In this document: one piece after another, positions 8,482-17,749 of the stretch
Layout of the letters: the number at the start of each line of letters is the position of its first letter
Numbering within the stretch: the stretch's first letter is position 1
From: Bacteroidia bacterium
GTDB lineage: Bacteria; Bacteroidota; Bacteroidia; UBA8524
Direction of reading: 5' to 3'
Length of the DNA: 64,000 nt
Assembly (NCBI GenBank): GCA_965249955.1
Contig: OZ252261.1
Span: 852,852 to 916,851, forward strand
Translations under genes and position numbers: made by a program
The notes under the pieces: model-generated
Database searches by the model: none
The model's input: only the letters and a program-made list of their open reading frames with translations
What the model was told of the DNA's origin: nothing

Positions 8482-9936
8482 ATGGCAAGAAGATTAAAAA
8501 TCACTAATCACGATTTAACAGCTTTAGGGATAAGCGACAAAGAGTTGCTGAAACAACTGGGACGAGTGGCAAAAGTGATGACAAATAGAAGTGGCGAAGC
8601 AAAAGCCAAGGTTTTAGAACTGGTGAAACAAGCATGGGACGACCCGCAAACGGTGGAAAAAGACACAAACCACCCCTTTGCACACCTTGCCCCTGCAATT
8701 ATTGAGTATAAAAGCAGTTTTACTCCCGCTAGTGAACCTAAGTCTTTTAGGCTACATAAAGGGATTGACTATAAGGTATTTGGTAGCGAAAACATAGAAT
8801 ATTCAACGCTTAATCAGATGGATTTATCTATGAAGTTGCCCATAACCAAAGCAGGCGCATTAATGCCCGATGCCCATTTGGGCTATGGTTTGCCCATTGG
8901 CGGAGTATTGGCAACTGACGTAAACACAATTATACCTTATGCTGTGGGCGTTGATATTGCCTGCCGTATGTGCCTTAGTGTGTTTGATTTACCTGCTAGT
9001 GTTTTAGGAGGCGAACAAGACCGACTGAAGAATATGCTGCAACAGCATACCGTTTTTGGCACAGGCGGCGAAAGCAAAACTAGGCACGATGAAACCTTAT
9101 TTGATCGTAAAGAGTGGGAAGCATTTTCTACCCTGAAACGACTAAAAGACAAGGCGTGGCGACAACTGGGAACATCGGGAACGGGTAACCATTTTGTTGA
9201 GTGGGGCATTGTAGATATTACCACGCCCGTAGCAGGTTTTAATGTACCTGCGGGGCAATATTTGGCGCTGCTTTCACACTCAGGGTCTCGCGGATTTGGG
9301 GCAAGTATAGCCAATATGTACAGCCGTATAGCTATGCGAAAAACCAAATTGGTAAAAGAGGTGAAACACTTGGCTTGGCTGGATTTGGACAGCGAAGAAG
9401 GACAAGAGTATTGGCTGGCTATGAATTTGGCGGGAGACTATGCAAGTGCCAACCACCACGAGATACACAACAAAATAGCACGGGCACTGCACCAACGGCC
9501 GATAGCCAGAGTAGAAAACCACCACAATTTTGCGTGGAAAGAAACGCTACCCAACGGCGAACAAGCTATAGTGCACCGCAAGGGGGCAACCCCCGCGGGC
9601 AAAGGTGTACTAGGCATTATACCAGGTAGTATGGCAGCACCGGGCTATGTGGTTGTAGGAAAAGGTGAACCTAGCGGACTTAACTCGGCGGCACACGGTG
9701 CAGGCAGGGCAATGAGCAGAAGCAAGGCAAAAGAAAACATCACTCATCATCAGCTAAAAAAACGGCTAAGTGCCGAAGGCATAAAACTGATTGGCGGTGA
9801 TGTAGACGAAGCACCTATGGCCTACAAAAACATAGAACAGGTAATGGCTGCACAGACTGATTTGGTGGATGTTGTGGCAAAATTTACCCCAAAAATTGTA
9901 CGCATGGCCGATGGCAAAGAGCCTAGTGAAGACTGA
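8482..9936 (+). CDS. rtcB: RNA-splicing ligase RtcB (3'-phosphate/5'-hydroxyl RNA ligase)
   Basis: Conserved RtcB metal/GTP-binding motifs: DAHLGYG, GTSGTGNHF, HNHHNFAW and GAGR(A)MSR; 484 aa. Confidence 0.9.
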   Translation: MARRLKITNHDLTALGISDKELLKQLGRVAKVMTNRSGEAKAKVLELVKQAWDDPQTVEKDTNHPFAHLAPAIIEYKSSFTPASEPKSFRLHKGIDYKVFGSENIEYSTLNQMDLSMKLPITKAGALMPDAHLGYGLPIGGVLATDVNTIIPYAVGVDIACRMCLSVFDLPASVLGGEQDRLKNMLQQHTVFGTGGESKTRHDETLFDRKEWEAFSTLKRLKDKAWRQLGTSGTGNHFVEWGIVDITTPVAGFNVPAGQYLALLSHSGSRGFGASIANMYSRIAMRKTKLVKEVKHLAWLDLDSEEGQEYWLAMNLAGDYASANHHEIHNKIARALHQRPIARVENHHNFAWKETLPNGEQAIVHRKGATPAGKGVLGIIPGSMAAPGYVVVGKGEPSGLNSAAHGAGRAMSRSKAKENITHHQLKKRLSAEGIKLIGGDVDEAPMAYKNIEQVMAAQTDLVDVVAKFTPKIVRMADGKEPSED

Positions 9937-10004
9937 GAAGTTTTGAGTTTTTGGTTTACAGTTCTATGTTGCTATCGCTGTGAGTTTCAATTATGGATAA
10001 TGAG

Positions 10005-10025
10005 ATGCTGAAACAAGTTCAGCAT
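10005..10025 (+). repeat. A-box hairpin element copy A2 (perfect 8-bp stem), 69 bp after the rtcB stop. It is followed by the hairpin CAACAAGG-TTACA-CCTTGTTG (10044-10064).
   Basis: Read directly. Confidence 0.8.
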
Positions 10026-10167
10026 GACGAATACCTGCATTCCAACAAGGTTACACCTTGTTGATACTTTAAATATTTAAAACAAACCCTTATTAAACTT
10101 TTGCCTTTTGGCATTAGCAGGGAGAGTATTTTGATTAATAAAATGTAATAACTAAAACTATAATATT

Positions 10168-10680
10168 ATGGCCTTATTTACAAGGGGCAGCTTGTGTAAG
10201 TTATGCACGCTGCCCATGCAAAAACGCAACGAGGTGGTAGTTTTTCCTCACCTTGTTAGCAATACGCACGATGCTTTATTTGCTTTTAACGGCGCAGTGC
10301 TACACAAAGCCTGTGTACGCGCCCACCCTTGGGGTGCAATGGCTATGCGCCAAAAGCAATTTGTGCACGAAACCATTTTGCCCAATACGCAACGCCGTTG
10401 TGTATTGTGTCAAAACCAAGTAGAAAATGCAGCCCAATTAATTGCTACGGGGTTATTAACGGTAGATGAAAAACACCCCTTATACCGTTTCAACTGGATG
10501 GAAGCACACAAGCGTTGCCTAAGCCACTGGGACGAATTGCCTGCTTTGGTATATGAATTAAAAACTTTTGCTAAAAGTGGCAAATGGGTAGATTTTGACC
10601 CTCAACACAGGGCTATGGATAGCCTTATGGATGTTTTAACAGCCATTACTCCCGGTCGTGCAGAAACTGCACAGCTATAA
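10168..10680 (+). CDS. Hypothetical Cys-rich protein with two CxxC pairs, a possible zinc ribbon (170 aa)
   Basis: CKLC and CVLC pairs plus conserved His/Cys; no recognisable family; no GGQ motif. Confidence 0.4.
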   Translation: MALFTRGSLCKLCTLPMQKRNEVVVFPHLVSNTHDALFAFNGAVLHKACVRAHPWGAMAMRQKQFVHETILPNTQRRCVLCQNQVENAAQLIATGLLTVDEKHPLYRFNWMEAHKRCLSHWDELPALVYELKTFAKSGKWVDFDPQHRAMDSLMDVLTAITPGRAETAQL

Positions 10681-10713
10681 TGCTGCAATAAACATTTATT
10701 TTAAAAGCAGTAA

Positions 10714-10749
10714 GGGAGGCCGCGCCTACGGCGCGGCCTCCTTTTTTTA
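10714..10749 (+). terminator. Rho-independent terminator: GGGAGGCCGCGCC-TAC-GGCGCGGCCTCC plus T7
   Basis: GC-rich 12-13 bp stem then T-run, 35 bp after the 10168-10680 stop. Confidence 0.75.
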
Positions 10750-10788
10750 TTCTAATTAATTTTCCAATTTATGATAGTGCGGCTGACA

Positions 10789-10869
10789 GTCATTCCTGCG
10801 AAAGCAGGAATCTGTGGGAAGTATACTACAAAATCATCGCACAGATTCTCAATCAAGTTGAGAATGACG
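10789..10869. repeat. C-box repeat element copy C1: about 80 bp with inverted termini gtcattc...gaatgac and internal palindromes (ttcctgc-gaaa-gcaggaa; attctcaa-tcaag-ttgagaat). Homologous to 43846-43895.
   Basis: Read directly; shared blocks gtcattcc / ggaatctgtg / acaaaatcatc with copy C2. Confidence 0.65.
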
Positions 10870-10965
10870 TTCCCCCCGCGCCCAATAGTTTTTAGGCATA
10901 AAAAAGCAGGATAATTACATTACCCTGCTTTGTATTTGCGTGTATAGTTGCTCTGTTAAAAAAAA

Positions 10966-11511
10966 CTATGCCGTAGCTGGTTGAGCTTTTACCATTTCTA
11001 CATTTAACACCAATTTCACATCTTCACTCACTACCAGTCCGCCTGCTTCGGTCATAGCGCTCCATTGCAAACCGTATTCTTTACGGTTTATTTTTCCGCT
11101 AATTTCAAATCCTGCGCGTGTCATTCCCCAAGGGTCAACAGTAGTTCCGCCAAAATCAACATCCAATTCAATGTGTTTGGTAGTTTCGCGTATGGTTAAG
11201 TTACCCTTTAGCACATAGTCGCTATCACTTTTCTTTACAAATTCTGTACTTTCAAAAGAAAGAGTAGGGTATTTTTCAGAGTTAAAAAAATCATCGCTGC
11301 GTAGGTGGTTATCGCGGTCGGCTACACCTGTATCAACAGAAGCAGTTTTAGCCTCAAACTTAATTTTTGCCGTTGTAAAATCATCTCCCTCAGTTTCTGC
11401 ACTTGCAGTAAACTCGTTAAACTTACCGGTAACGGTAGATATTACCATGTGTTTCACTTTAAAGTGAATTTCGCTGTGTACGTTGTCAATGTTCCAAGTT
11501 GTAGTTGCCAT
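10966..11511 (-). CDS. YceI-family periplasmic polyisoprenoid-binding protein
   Basis: Typical YceI N-terminus WNIDNVHSEIHFKVKHMVISTVTGKF; 181 aa. Confidence 0.8.
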   Translation of the reverse strand: MATTTWNIDNVHSEIHFKVKHMVISTVTGKFNEFTASAETEGDDFTTAKIKFEAKTASVDTGVADRDNHLRSDDFFNSEKYPTLSFESTEFVKKSDSDYVLKGNLTIRETTKHIELDVDFGGTTVDPWGMTRAGFEISGKINRKEYGLQWSAMTEAGGLVVSEDVKLVLNVEMVKAQPATA

Positions 11512-11612
11512 TGTATTATTTATTTAAAATTTATTATTAAGTGTTATTGTTCTAATTTGTTTGTGGTTAGTAGGTGGTGATTAGAAACCAAACCCTAATC
11601 ACCAACCATTGT

Positions 11613-12485
11613 TTATATAGCCATAGGTACTTCCATCAATAGCAATTCTGCATCACTATCGGCTACTATATCTATGCTATCAACATCCCATACACCAAAG
11701 CCATCGCGTTGGTTTAGGGTTTGACCGTTTATGCTCACATCACCTTTTAGCACAAAGGCATATATACCGTTGCCTTTTAGGTTTAACTTATGATTGGTGC
11801 TAAAACCTTTTTTAAGATTTCCCAAGTAAAACCAAGCATCTTGATTTATCCATACACCCTCAGCATCATTATTGGGCGATACTATTTGTTGCAGCTTATT
11901 ATCCCTATCGGCAGCATCAAGCGTTATTTGGTCGTAGCGAGGTTCTATATCTTTCTGTTTAGGGAAAACCCATATCTGCAAAAAGTTTACCTTACTATCT
12001 TTGTTCTTATTGTATTCGCTGTGATAAATCCCTGTTCCTGCACTCATCACCTGTATGTCGTTTTGGCGTATCACCGCCACATTATTCATACTATCCTTGT
12101 GCTCCAAATCACCACTAAGCGGTATCGAGATAATCTCCATATTGGCGTGCGGATGTGTACCAAAGCCCATGCCTCCGTCAACAATATCATCGTTTAGTAC
12201 ACGTAGGGCACCAAAGTGCATACGGTCGGGATTCATGTAGTTAGCAAAGCTAAAAGTGTGGTGCGTGTCAAGCCATCCGTGGTTTGCGTGGCCTCGGGTT
12301 GAGGCCTTATGCAATACTGTGTTCATTGTTTTAATCTCCTTATTAGGTATGTGGTTGTAGCCTATATTTTTGGTATGTTCACCTGTATTTGCAAACAGCT
12401 TAGCTGCCCAACCGCCTATGCCCAAAATACTTGCGCTTAGTAGGCTGCCTTTTATAAAATTTTTACGGTTCATATCAGTTGGCAT
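11613..12485 (-). CDS. Pirin-family cupin protein with an N-terminal Tat-like (RK variant) signal peptide
   Basis: Pirin motifs HPHANMEIISIPLSGDLEHKDSMNN; N-terminal NRKNFIKGSLLSASILGIGG; 290 aa. Confidence 0.85.
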   Translation of the reverse strand: MPTDMNRKNFIKGSLLSASILGIGGWAAKLFANTGEHTKNIGYNHIPNKEIKTMNTVLHKASTRGHANHGWLDTHHTFSFANYMNPDRMHFGALRVLNDDIVDGGMGFGTHPHANMEIISIPLSGDLEHKDSMNNVAVIRQNDIQVMSAGTGIYHSEYNKNKDSKVNFLQIWVFPKQKDIEPRYDQITLDAADRDNKLQQIVSPNNDAEGVWINQDAWFYLGNLKKGFSTNHKLNLKGNGIYAFVLKGDVSINGQTLNQRDGFGVWDVDSIDIVADSDAELLLMEVPMAI

Positions 12486-12513
12486 TTAGTTTAGTACTTC
12501 AAATATAAAATAC

Positions 12514-12533
12514 ACATTTGTACATACAAATGT
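12514..12533. promoter_or_regulatory. Palindrome ACATTTGTA-CA-TACAAATGT in the divergent pirin/nifU-like intergenic region: candidate operator
   Basis: Read directly; a TACCTTTG -7 box for the + strand gene lies at 12581-12588. Confidence 0.3.
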
Positions 12534-12617
12534 TGTACCAAACTATTTTACTAAAAAAATACAATTGATAATAAAAGTCTTACCTTTGTAGAACCATTCT
12601 AAATAAGATAAAGTTTT

Positions 12618-13184
12618 ATGGCAACGCAAGAATTAATAAACATATATACAGAGGCCACCCCCAACCCTGAAACTATGAAGTTTGTGGCCAACCGCATGAT
12701 ACTTCCCGATGATAGTGCCGATTTTCAAACCCGCCAAGCAGCATTAAAATCGCCGTTGGCAGCCAAGTTGTTCGAGTTTCCTTTTGTAAACGCAGTATTT
12801 ATAATGAACAACTTTGTAACAGTAACAAAGTTGAGTACTTACGAGTGGTTTGATATCAGCCCCAAGCTAAAAGAATTTGTAAAAGAATACCTTGAAAGTG
12901 GTGCTGAAATATTACTTCCTACAGAAGAAAAAGTAACTAACGAGAACGATAGTGAAACTGTAGTGAAGATAAAAAATATGCTTGATACTTACGTAAAACC
13001 TGCGGTAGAAATGGATGGCGGTGCCATTACCTTTCAATCGTTTGAAGAAGGTATTGTAAAAGTAGAACTTCGCGGCTCGTGCAGTGGATGCCCATCATCA
13101 ACCATTACCCTAAAAGCAGGTATAGAAAATATGCTAAAACGCATGGTGCCTGAGGTTGAAGCAGTTGAAGCTGTGGCAATGTAA
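12618..13184 (+). CDS. NifU/Nfu-type Fe-S cluster assembly protein (Nfu N-terminal domain plus NifU C-terminal domain)
   Basis: C-terminal GSCSGCPSSTITLKAGIENMLKRMVPEV; 188 aa. Confidence 0.8.
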   Translation: MATQELINIYTEATPNPETMKFVANRMILPDDSADFQTRQAALKSPLAAKLFEFPFVNAVFIMNNFVTVTKLSTYEWFDISPKLKEFVKEYLESGAEILLPTEEKVTNENDSETVVKIKNMLDTYVKPAVEMDGGAITFQSFEEGIVKVELRGSCSGCPSSTITLKAGIENMLKRMVPEVEAVEAVAM

Positions 13185-13215
13185 CAAATAATATAGCTAC
13201 TAAAAATAGTATCAA

Positions 13216-13244
13216 AAGGCAGGAAAATTCCTGCCTTTTTTTGT
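13216..13244 (+). terminator. Rho-independent terminator AGGCAGGAAAATTCCTGCC plus T7
   Basis: Read directly, 30 bp after the stop. Confidence 0.7.
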
Positions 13245-13353
13245 TTTACACCCTGCTACATGCCATAAATAACAGTTTATTACCAATTATTTAAAACAAA
13301 AGGAGCTAAAATTGGCTTAAATTTGCAATACACACATTAGTACTATTGGAATA

Positions 13354-13839
13354 GTGAAAATTTTATTTGTTTGCTTGGGTAATATTTGTCGTTCGCCAAT
13401 GGCCGAAGGTATATTTAAGCAATTAGTAGAAAAAGAAGGTCTTCTGAATAAAATCACCATTGATTCAGCGGGAACATCACGCTATCATTCGGGTAGCTTG
13501 CCTGATGAGCGTATGCGCGCAGTAGCAAAAAAACACGGTATAGAGCTAACCCACAAAGCGCGCCAACTTACCTTTGGCGATTTTTACGATTTCCACTATA
13601 TAGTAGCAATGGACAGGGCTAACCTTGAAGATATTATTTCAGAAAAACCTGTAAACGACGATCACCGCGCTAAAATAGTGATGATGCGCCAATACGACCC
13701 TCAAGCTGAGGAACTAGACGTACCCGACCCATACTACGGCGGACACGAAGGTTTTGAAAACGTGTACCAAATGCTGCAACGCAGTTGCCAAAACTTACTT
13801 CACGAGGTAAAAGAAGAACTGGCTATCCGTTTGGCTTAA
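13354..13839 (+). CDS. Low-molecular-weight protein-tyrosine phosphatase
   Basis: P-loop CLGNICRSP at the N-terminus; DPYY motif; 161 aa. Confidence 0.85.
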   Translation: MKILFVCLGNICRSPMAEGIFKQLVEKEGLLNKITIDSAGTSRYHSGSLPDERMRAVAKKHGIELTHKARQLTFGDFYDFHYIVAMDRANLEDIISEKPVNDDHRAKIVMMRQYDPQAEELDVPDPYYGGHEGFENVYQMLQRSCQNLLHEVKEELAIRLA

Positions 13840-14014
13840 TAACTAAGCTATACCGCTACAACATATTTTCTATCACTAATTTTGCTTTGGGCTAGGGCTA
13901 TTTACTTTCCCCAATCAAAATATTCTACCAAAAACATAACTGTCGGTTGCCAATACCTACATTTTAGCATATTTTGCATACCTTAAAAATTCCTGTTCAT
14001 TACATCAGCACAGT

Positions 14015-17000
14015 ATGAAAAAATCGCTGCTTTTATTCACCGCTCTATTTCTTATTCTATTTTCTGCATCAGCTCAAAAAAAATACCAAGGCTTGCTTTG
14101 GGAAATTACAGGCAATGGACTACAAAAGCCATCGTACCTGTATGGCACCATGCACGTAAGCAGTAAATTGGCCTTTCACTTAGGCGATTCGTTTTTTACG
14201 GCACTTAATAATGTTGATATGGTAGCACTAGAAATTCACCCCGAAACTTGGGTGGACGATATGCTAGCTTACGACCCTTATACTTTTATGGGCGACGGAA
14301 TGGCTGCTTCGTTTTGGAAAAAACAAAAAAGCAAAGAAGACGAACGCAAAGAGGCCATAATGGGTGCACTACGCAGCGACCCTAGCCTTATAAACTACTA
14401 CCTGTTTCGCAGCCAAGGCTACACGGGTAATTTTGAAGAAGATACCTATTTAGATTTGTACATTTTTCAGACAGGTAAAAAGCTAAAAAAGAAAACCACC
14501 GGACTTGAAAACATGGCCGAGCTGATGCTAAACCTTGAGGAGGCTGAAAGCGCACAAAGGGAAGAATCGAAATATAAAAAAGACGATTACTACTACGATG
14601 AGGATGCCATGAGCTATGGCGATGCTTTGGAGGATGCTTACCGACGCGGTGATTTGGATATGCTTGACTCGCTAAACAAAGAAGACGGCACACCGGGTTA
14701 TTTAGAATATATGCTATACCGACGCAATGCAAAAATGGCCGAGCGTATGGATAGTATAATGAAAACAGCTAACCTAAGCTTGTTTGCCGGTATGGGTGCA
14801 TCGCACTTACCGGGCGAAAAAGGTGTTATTGAGTTTTTGCGCGAAAAAGGTTACAGCCTACGCCCTGTTATACGCGGCGAAAGAGACACGAAACAAAAAC
14901 GTAAGATTGATAAAATAGTAATCCAAAAGAAGTTTAGTACCGAAAAATCATTCGACCAATATTTTGCAGTAGATCTACCCGGCAAAATGTACGAGTTGGC
15001 CGGCTTTGGAAGTACCCGCAGCTATTTTCACCCCGATATGGCCAATGGTGCATACTATACTGTTACCCGTATTAAAACATTTGGGCGCGAATTGGGTCAA
15101 GATGAAAAGTACATTCAAAAAAGTGTTGATAGTTTGCTTTATGAAAACATACCCGGTAAAATTCAAAAACAGAAAAAAATCACCCTGCAAGGATATAATG
15201 GCTACAGCATAACTACACTTACCCGTCGTGGCGATATACAGCGCTATGAAATAATAATAACACCCGAAGAGATATTTGTATTTAAACTTGGTGGCACATC
15301 AGACTTTGCTGAGAACAAAGAAGCCGACAAGTTTTTTAAATCGATAAAACTAAATATACCTACGGCTACCAACTGGCAAACCTACACATCGGCCGATGGC
15401 TATTATAGTGCTCTAATGCCTCACAAACCCTTATACTATGGCGATACAAGCCTTATTGGTACTTACCTAAACAGTGAGCCGTTAACAGCCATTGATTTTA
15501 ATAATGGCAATGTATACAGCATACAAAAAACCAACCTGTACAATACAAGTCAAACCACCGTTAGCGATTCGCTACTGATAGAAAAAGAGATATTTAACTT
15601 TAGCGACGCAAACTATTATACTGAGCTTGAGCGTACAAAAAGTATGGAAGGCGAAAGACACATTGTTGATGCCAGATACCGTGTAGATGCTGATAACAAT
15701 ATGCGTGTACGCTACATAACCAATCGCAGCTTTTTGTACATACTATCCGTTAAATATAAAAACGACAGTGCTGATGCTGATAAGTTTATAAAATCAATAA
15801 GCTTTGCAACGCCTCCAGCGCCTGTATACGAAGAATATACCGATACCTTGTTGCACTTTACGGTAAGTACCACATCGCAAAAAAATGCTTTTGAACAATT
15901 ACTGCGCAAACTAAGCCGCTACAAAGCAAAAGATAAACCCTACCTAACCCTGCGTGAAAACAAGGTGTTTTTAGAAAACAAAAAATCAAACGAAGCAGTA
16001 TCGGTAAACTATACCCGATACGGCAAATACGTTAGATTTAAAGATAGTGCCGACTATTGGGATGAAATACGCAGCAATACCAACCCCGATAGCTCGTACA
16101 TTATACTAAACCAAAAAATGTATACTAAAAACGGGTACAATATTTTAGATATAGACTATACCGATACCGGCTGCACCTATGCCGTAAAACAACGCACTAT
16201 ACAACGCAATGCAGTGGTATACAACCTTACAACACTATACAACCACAAAACAGGCCCTGCACCGTTTATTACCCGTTTTTATGAAACCTTTACACCAAAA
16301 GATACTACAATTGGTGAGCCTCTTTTTGGAGACAATGCAAAACTAATTTTGGATGATTTACACAGCAGCGACAGTGCTACTCGTGCTGAAGCACACAAAT
16401 CATTACGCTCTGTAAGGGTTGGTAAAGCTGACTACAAAATATGGACTGCCGCTATTGATACACTTCAGCCTGAAAACGAAGACTATTTCGACTACAAATC
16501 AGGCATGATAACTGAATTGTGGGAGATAAAAACACAAGAAAACGTAGACTACCTAAGTAAACTATACAAAAAAGCCGGCGATACGTTATCGTTTCAAATA
16601 GCGGCACTAAAAACACTTTTAAATATAGAAACAGCCGCATCGTACAAAGCTTTTAAAGAACTGATAATGGCTGAAACACCGCTAGGTAGCGGCTACGAGA
16701 TTAACTCACTATTTTGGGGTATGACCGATAGCGTGCAGTTGGCATCAACCTTATTTCCCGATTTGTTTGCGCTATTTCAGCTTGAAGAATACAAAGAAAA
16801 AATTGTTGATGTATTAGCCGACTTAGTAGACAGCAACGCCGTAAAAAACGAGCAATACAAAGCCTTTTTACCCACTCTGAAAATTGAAGCCAAAAACGAG
16901 TTAAAACGCAAAACATCAAGCGAAGTTGAAGACGATAACGAGTACGATAGTTATAACTCATACAACAGCCGCAGCTTTTATAACCCATACCAAGCACAAG

Positions 17001-17671
17001 GCAACCGATACAGCAGCAACAACTACAACAGTTATTTGGGCAATTTGGCTACCGTGCTAATGCCCTACTATAATAGCGACAATACTGTAAAAGACTTTTT
17101 TAGCAAATTGCTACAACTGCAAAACAATAAAATACGCCTTAGCGTAGCCCTAAAAATGATGGAAAAGGGACACGATGTTCCCGATACTGTTTGGAAAGAA
17201 ATTGCCCACAAAACAGGCTGGAGAACTGCCCTATACGAAGCATTGGAAGACGCAAACAAGTTGGAAAAATTTCCTACTAAGTACATAAACCAAGATAGTA
17301 TGACCAGAGTGCAACTTGAAAACAGCCTAAATGGTCGCTACGAGAAACTTGACACCATTACCCTACTTAGCAAACGCTATGTTGAGTTTGAAAACCACAA
17401 AGGCTACGCCTACCTGTACAAATACAAACACAAAGAAAACAAAACATGGAAACTAGCCCTTATAGGCTTGCAACCCGCTGATACTTTAAAAGCAAATACA
17501 TCAACCCTAATATTTTCTATAGGCAACCGCATACGCGAAGACGAAGAAGCTACCATTGAAAGGCAGTTTACGGTATTGCTTAAAGAAAAAATGTTAAACA
17601 TAGCCACCAAATCGTTTGGGTATGGAAATGACTATTACAGCGATGATGAAGAAATTTACGGCGATTATTAA
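14015..17671 (+). CDS. Large secreted protein: N-terminal TraB/GumN-family domain (about 300 aa) fused to an unassigned extension of about 900 aa that contains a Tyr/Asn/Ser low-complexity tract
   Basis: Signal peptide; GLLWEITGNGLQKPSYLYGTMHV (TraB/GumN signature); low-complexity DSYNSYNSRSFYNPYQAQGNRYSSNNYNSY; 1218 aa. Confidence 0.6.
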   Translation: MKKSLLLFTALFLILFSASAQKKYQGLLWEITGNGLQKPSYLYGTMHVSSKLAFHLGDSFFTALNNVDMVALEIHPETWVDDMLAYDPYTFMGDGMAASFWKKQKSKEDERKEAIMGALRSDPSLINYYLFRSQGYTGNFEEDTYLDLYIFQTGKKLKKKTTGLENMAELMLNLEEAESAQREESKYKKDDYYYDEDAMSYGDALEDAYRRGDLDMLDSLNKEDGTPGYLEYMLYRRNAKMAERMDSIMKTANLSLFAGMGASHLPGEKGVIEFLREKGYSLRPVIRGERDTKQKRKIDKIVIQKKFSTEKSFDQYFAVDLPGKMYELAGFGSTRSYFHPDMANGAYYTVTRIKTFGRELGQDEKYIQKSVDSLLYENIPGKIQKQKKITLQGYNGYSITTLTRRGDIQRYEIIITPEEIFVFKLGGTSDFAENKEADKFFKSIKLNIPTATNWQTYTSADGYYSALMPHKPLYYGDTSLIGTYLNSEPLTAIDFNNGNVYSIQKTNLYNTSQTTVSDSLLIEKEIFNFSDANYYTELERTKSMEGERHIVDARYRVDADNNMRVRYITNRSFLYILSVKYKNDSADADKFIKSISFATPPAPVYEEYTDTLLHFTVSTTSQKNAFEQLLRKLSRYKAKDKPYLTLRENKVFLENKKSNEAVSVNYTRYGKYVRFKDSADYWDEIRSNTNPDSSYIILNQKMYTKNGYNILDIDYTDTGCTYAVKQRTIQRNAVVYNLTTLYNHKTGPAPFITRFYETFTPKDTTIGEPLFGDNAKLILDDLHSSDSATRAEAHKSLRSVRVGKADYKIWTAAIDTLQPENEDYFDYKSGMITELWEIKTQENVDYLSKLYKKAGDTLSFQIAALKTLLNIETAASYKAFKELIMAETPLGSGYEINSLFWGMTDSVQLASTLFPDLFALFQLEEYKEKIVDVLADLVDSNAVKNEQYKAFLPTLKIEAKNELKRKTSSEVEDDNEYDSYNSYNSRSFYNPYQAQGNRYSSNNYNSYLGNLATVLMPYYNSDNTVKDFFSKLLQLQNNKIRLSVALKMMEKGHDVPDTVWKEIAHKTGWRTALYEALEDANKLEKFPTKYINQDSMTRVQLENSLNGRYEKLDTITLLSKRYVEFENHKGYAYLYKYKHKENKTWKLALIGLQPADTLKANTSTLIFSIGNRIREDEEATIERQFTVLLKEKMLNIATKSFGYGNDYYSDDEEIYGDY

Positions 17672-17702
17672 TTCATAATACCGCACTAGCTAAAAACAAA
17701 AA

Positions 17703-17724
17703 AGCCCCTAATGGGGCTTTTTTG
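17703..17724. terminator. Bidirectional terminator AGCCCC-TAAT-GGGGCT flanked by A-run and T-run, between convergent genes
   Basis: aaaaagcccctaatggggcttttttg. Confidence 0.7.
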
Positions 17725-17749
17725 TTTAGTAAATTTTTATTGCCGCTTG

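Noticed and set aside
10168-10680. The Cys-rich ORF as a PrfH-like partner of RtcB (an RtcB-PrfH ribosome-rescue module).
   Set aside because: It has no GGQ motif and no release-factor-like domains, and it is too short.
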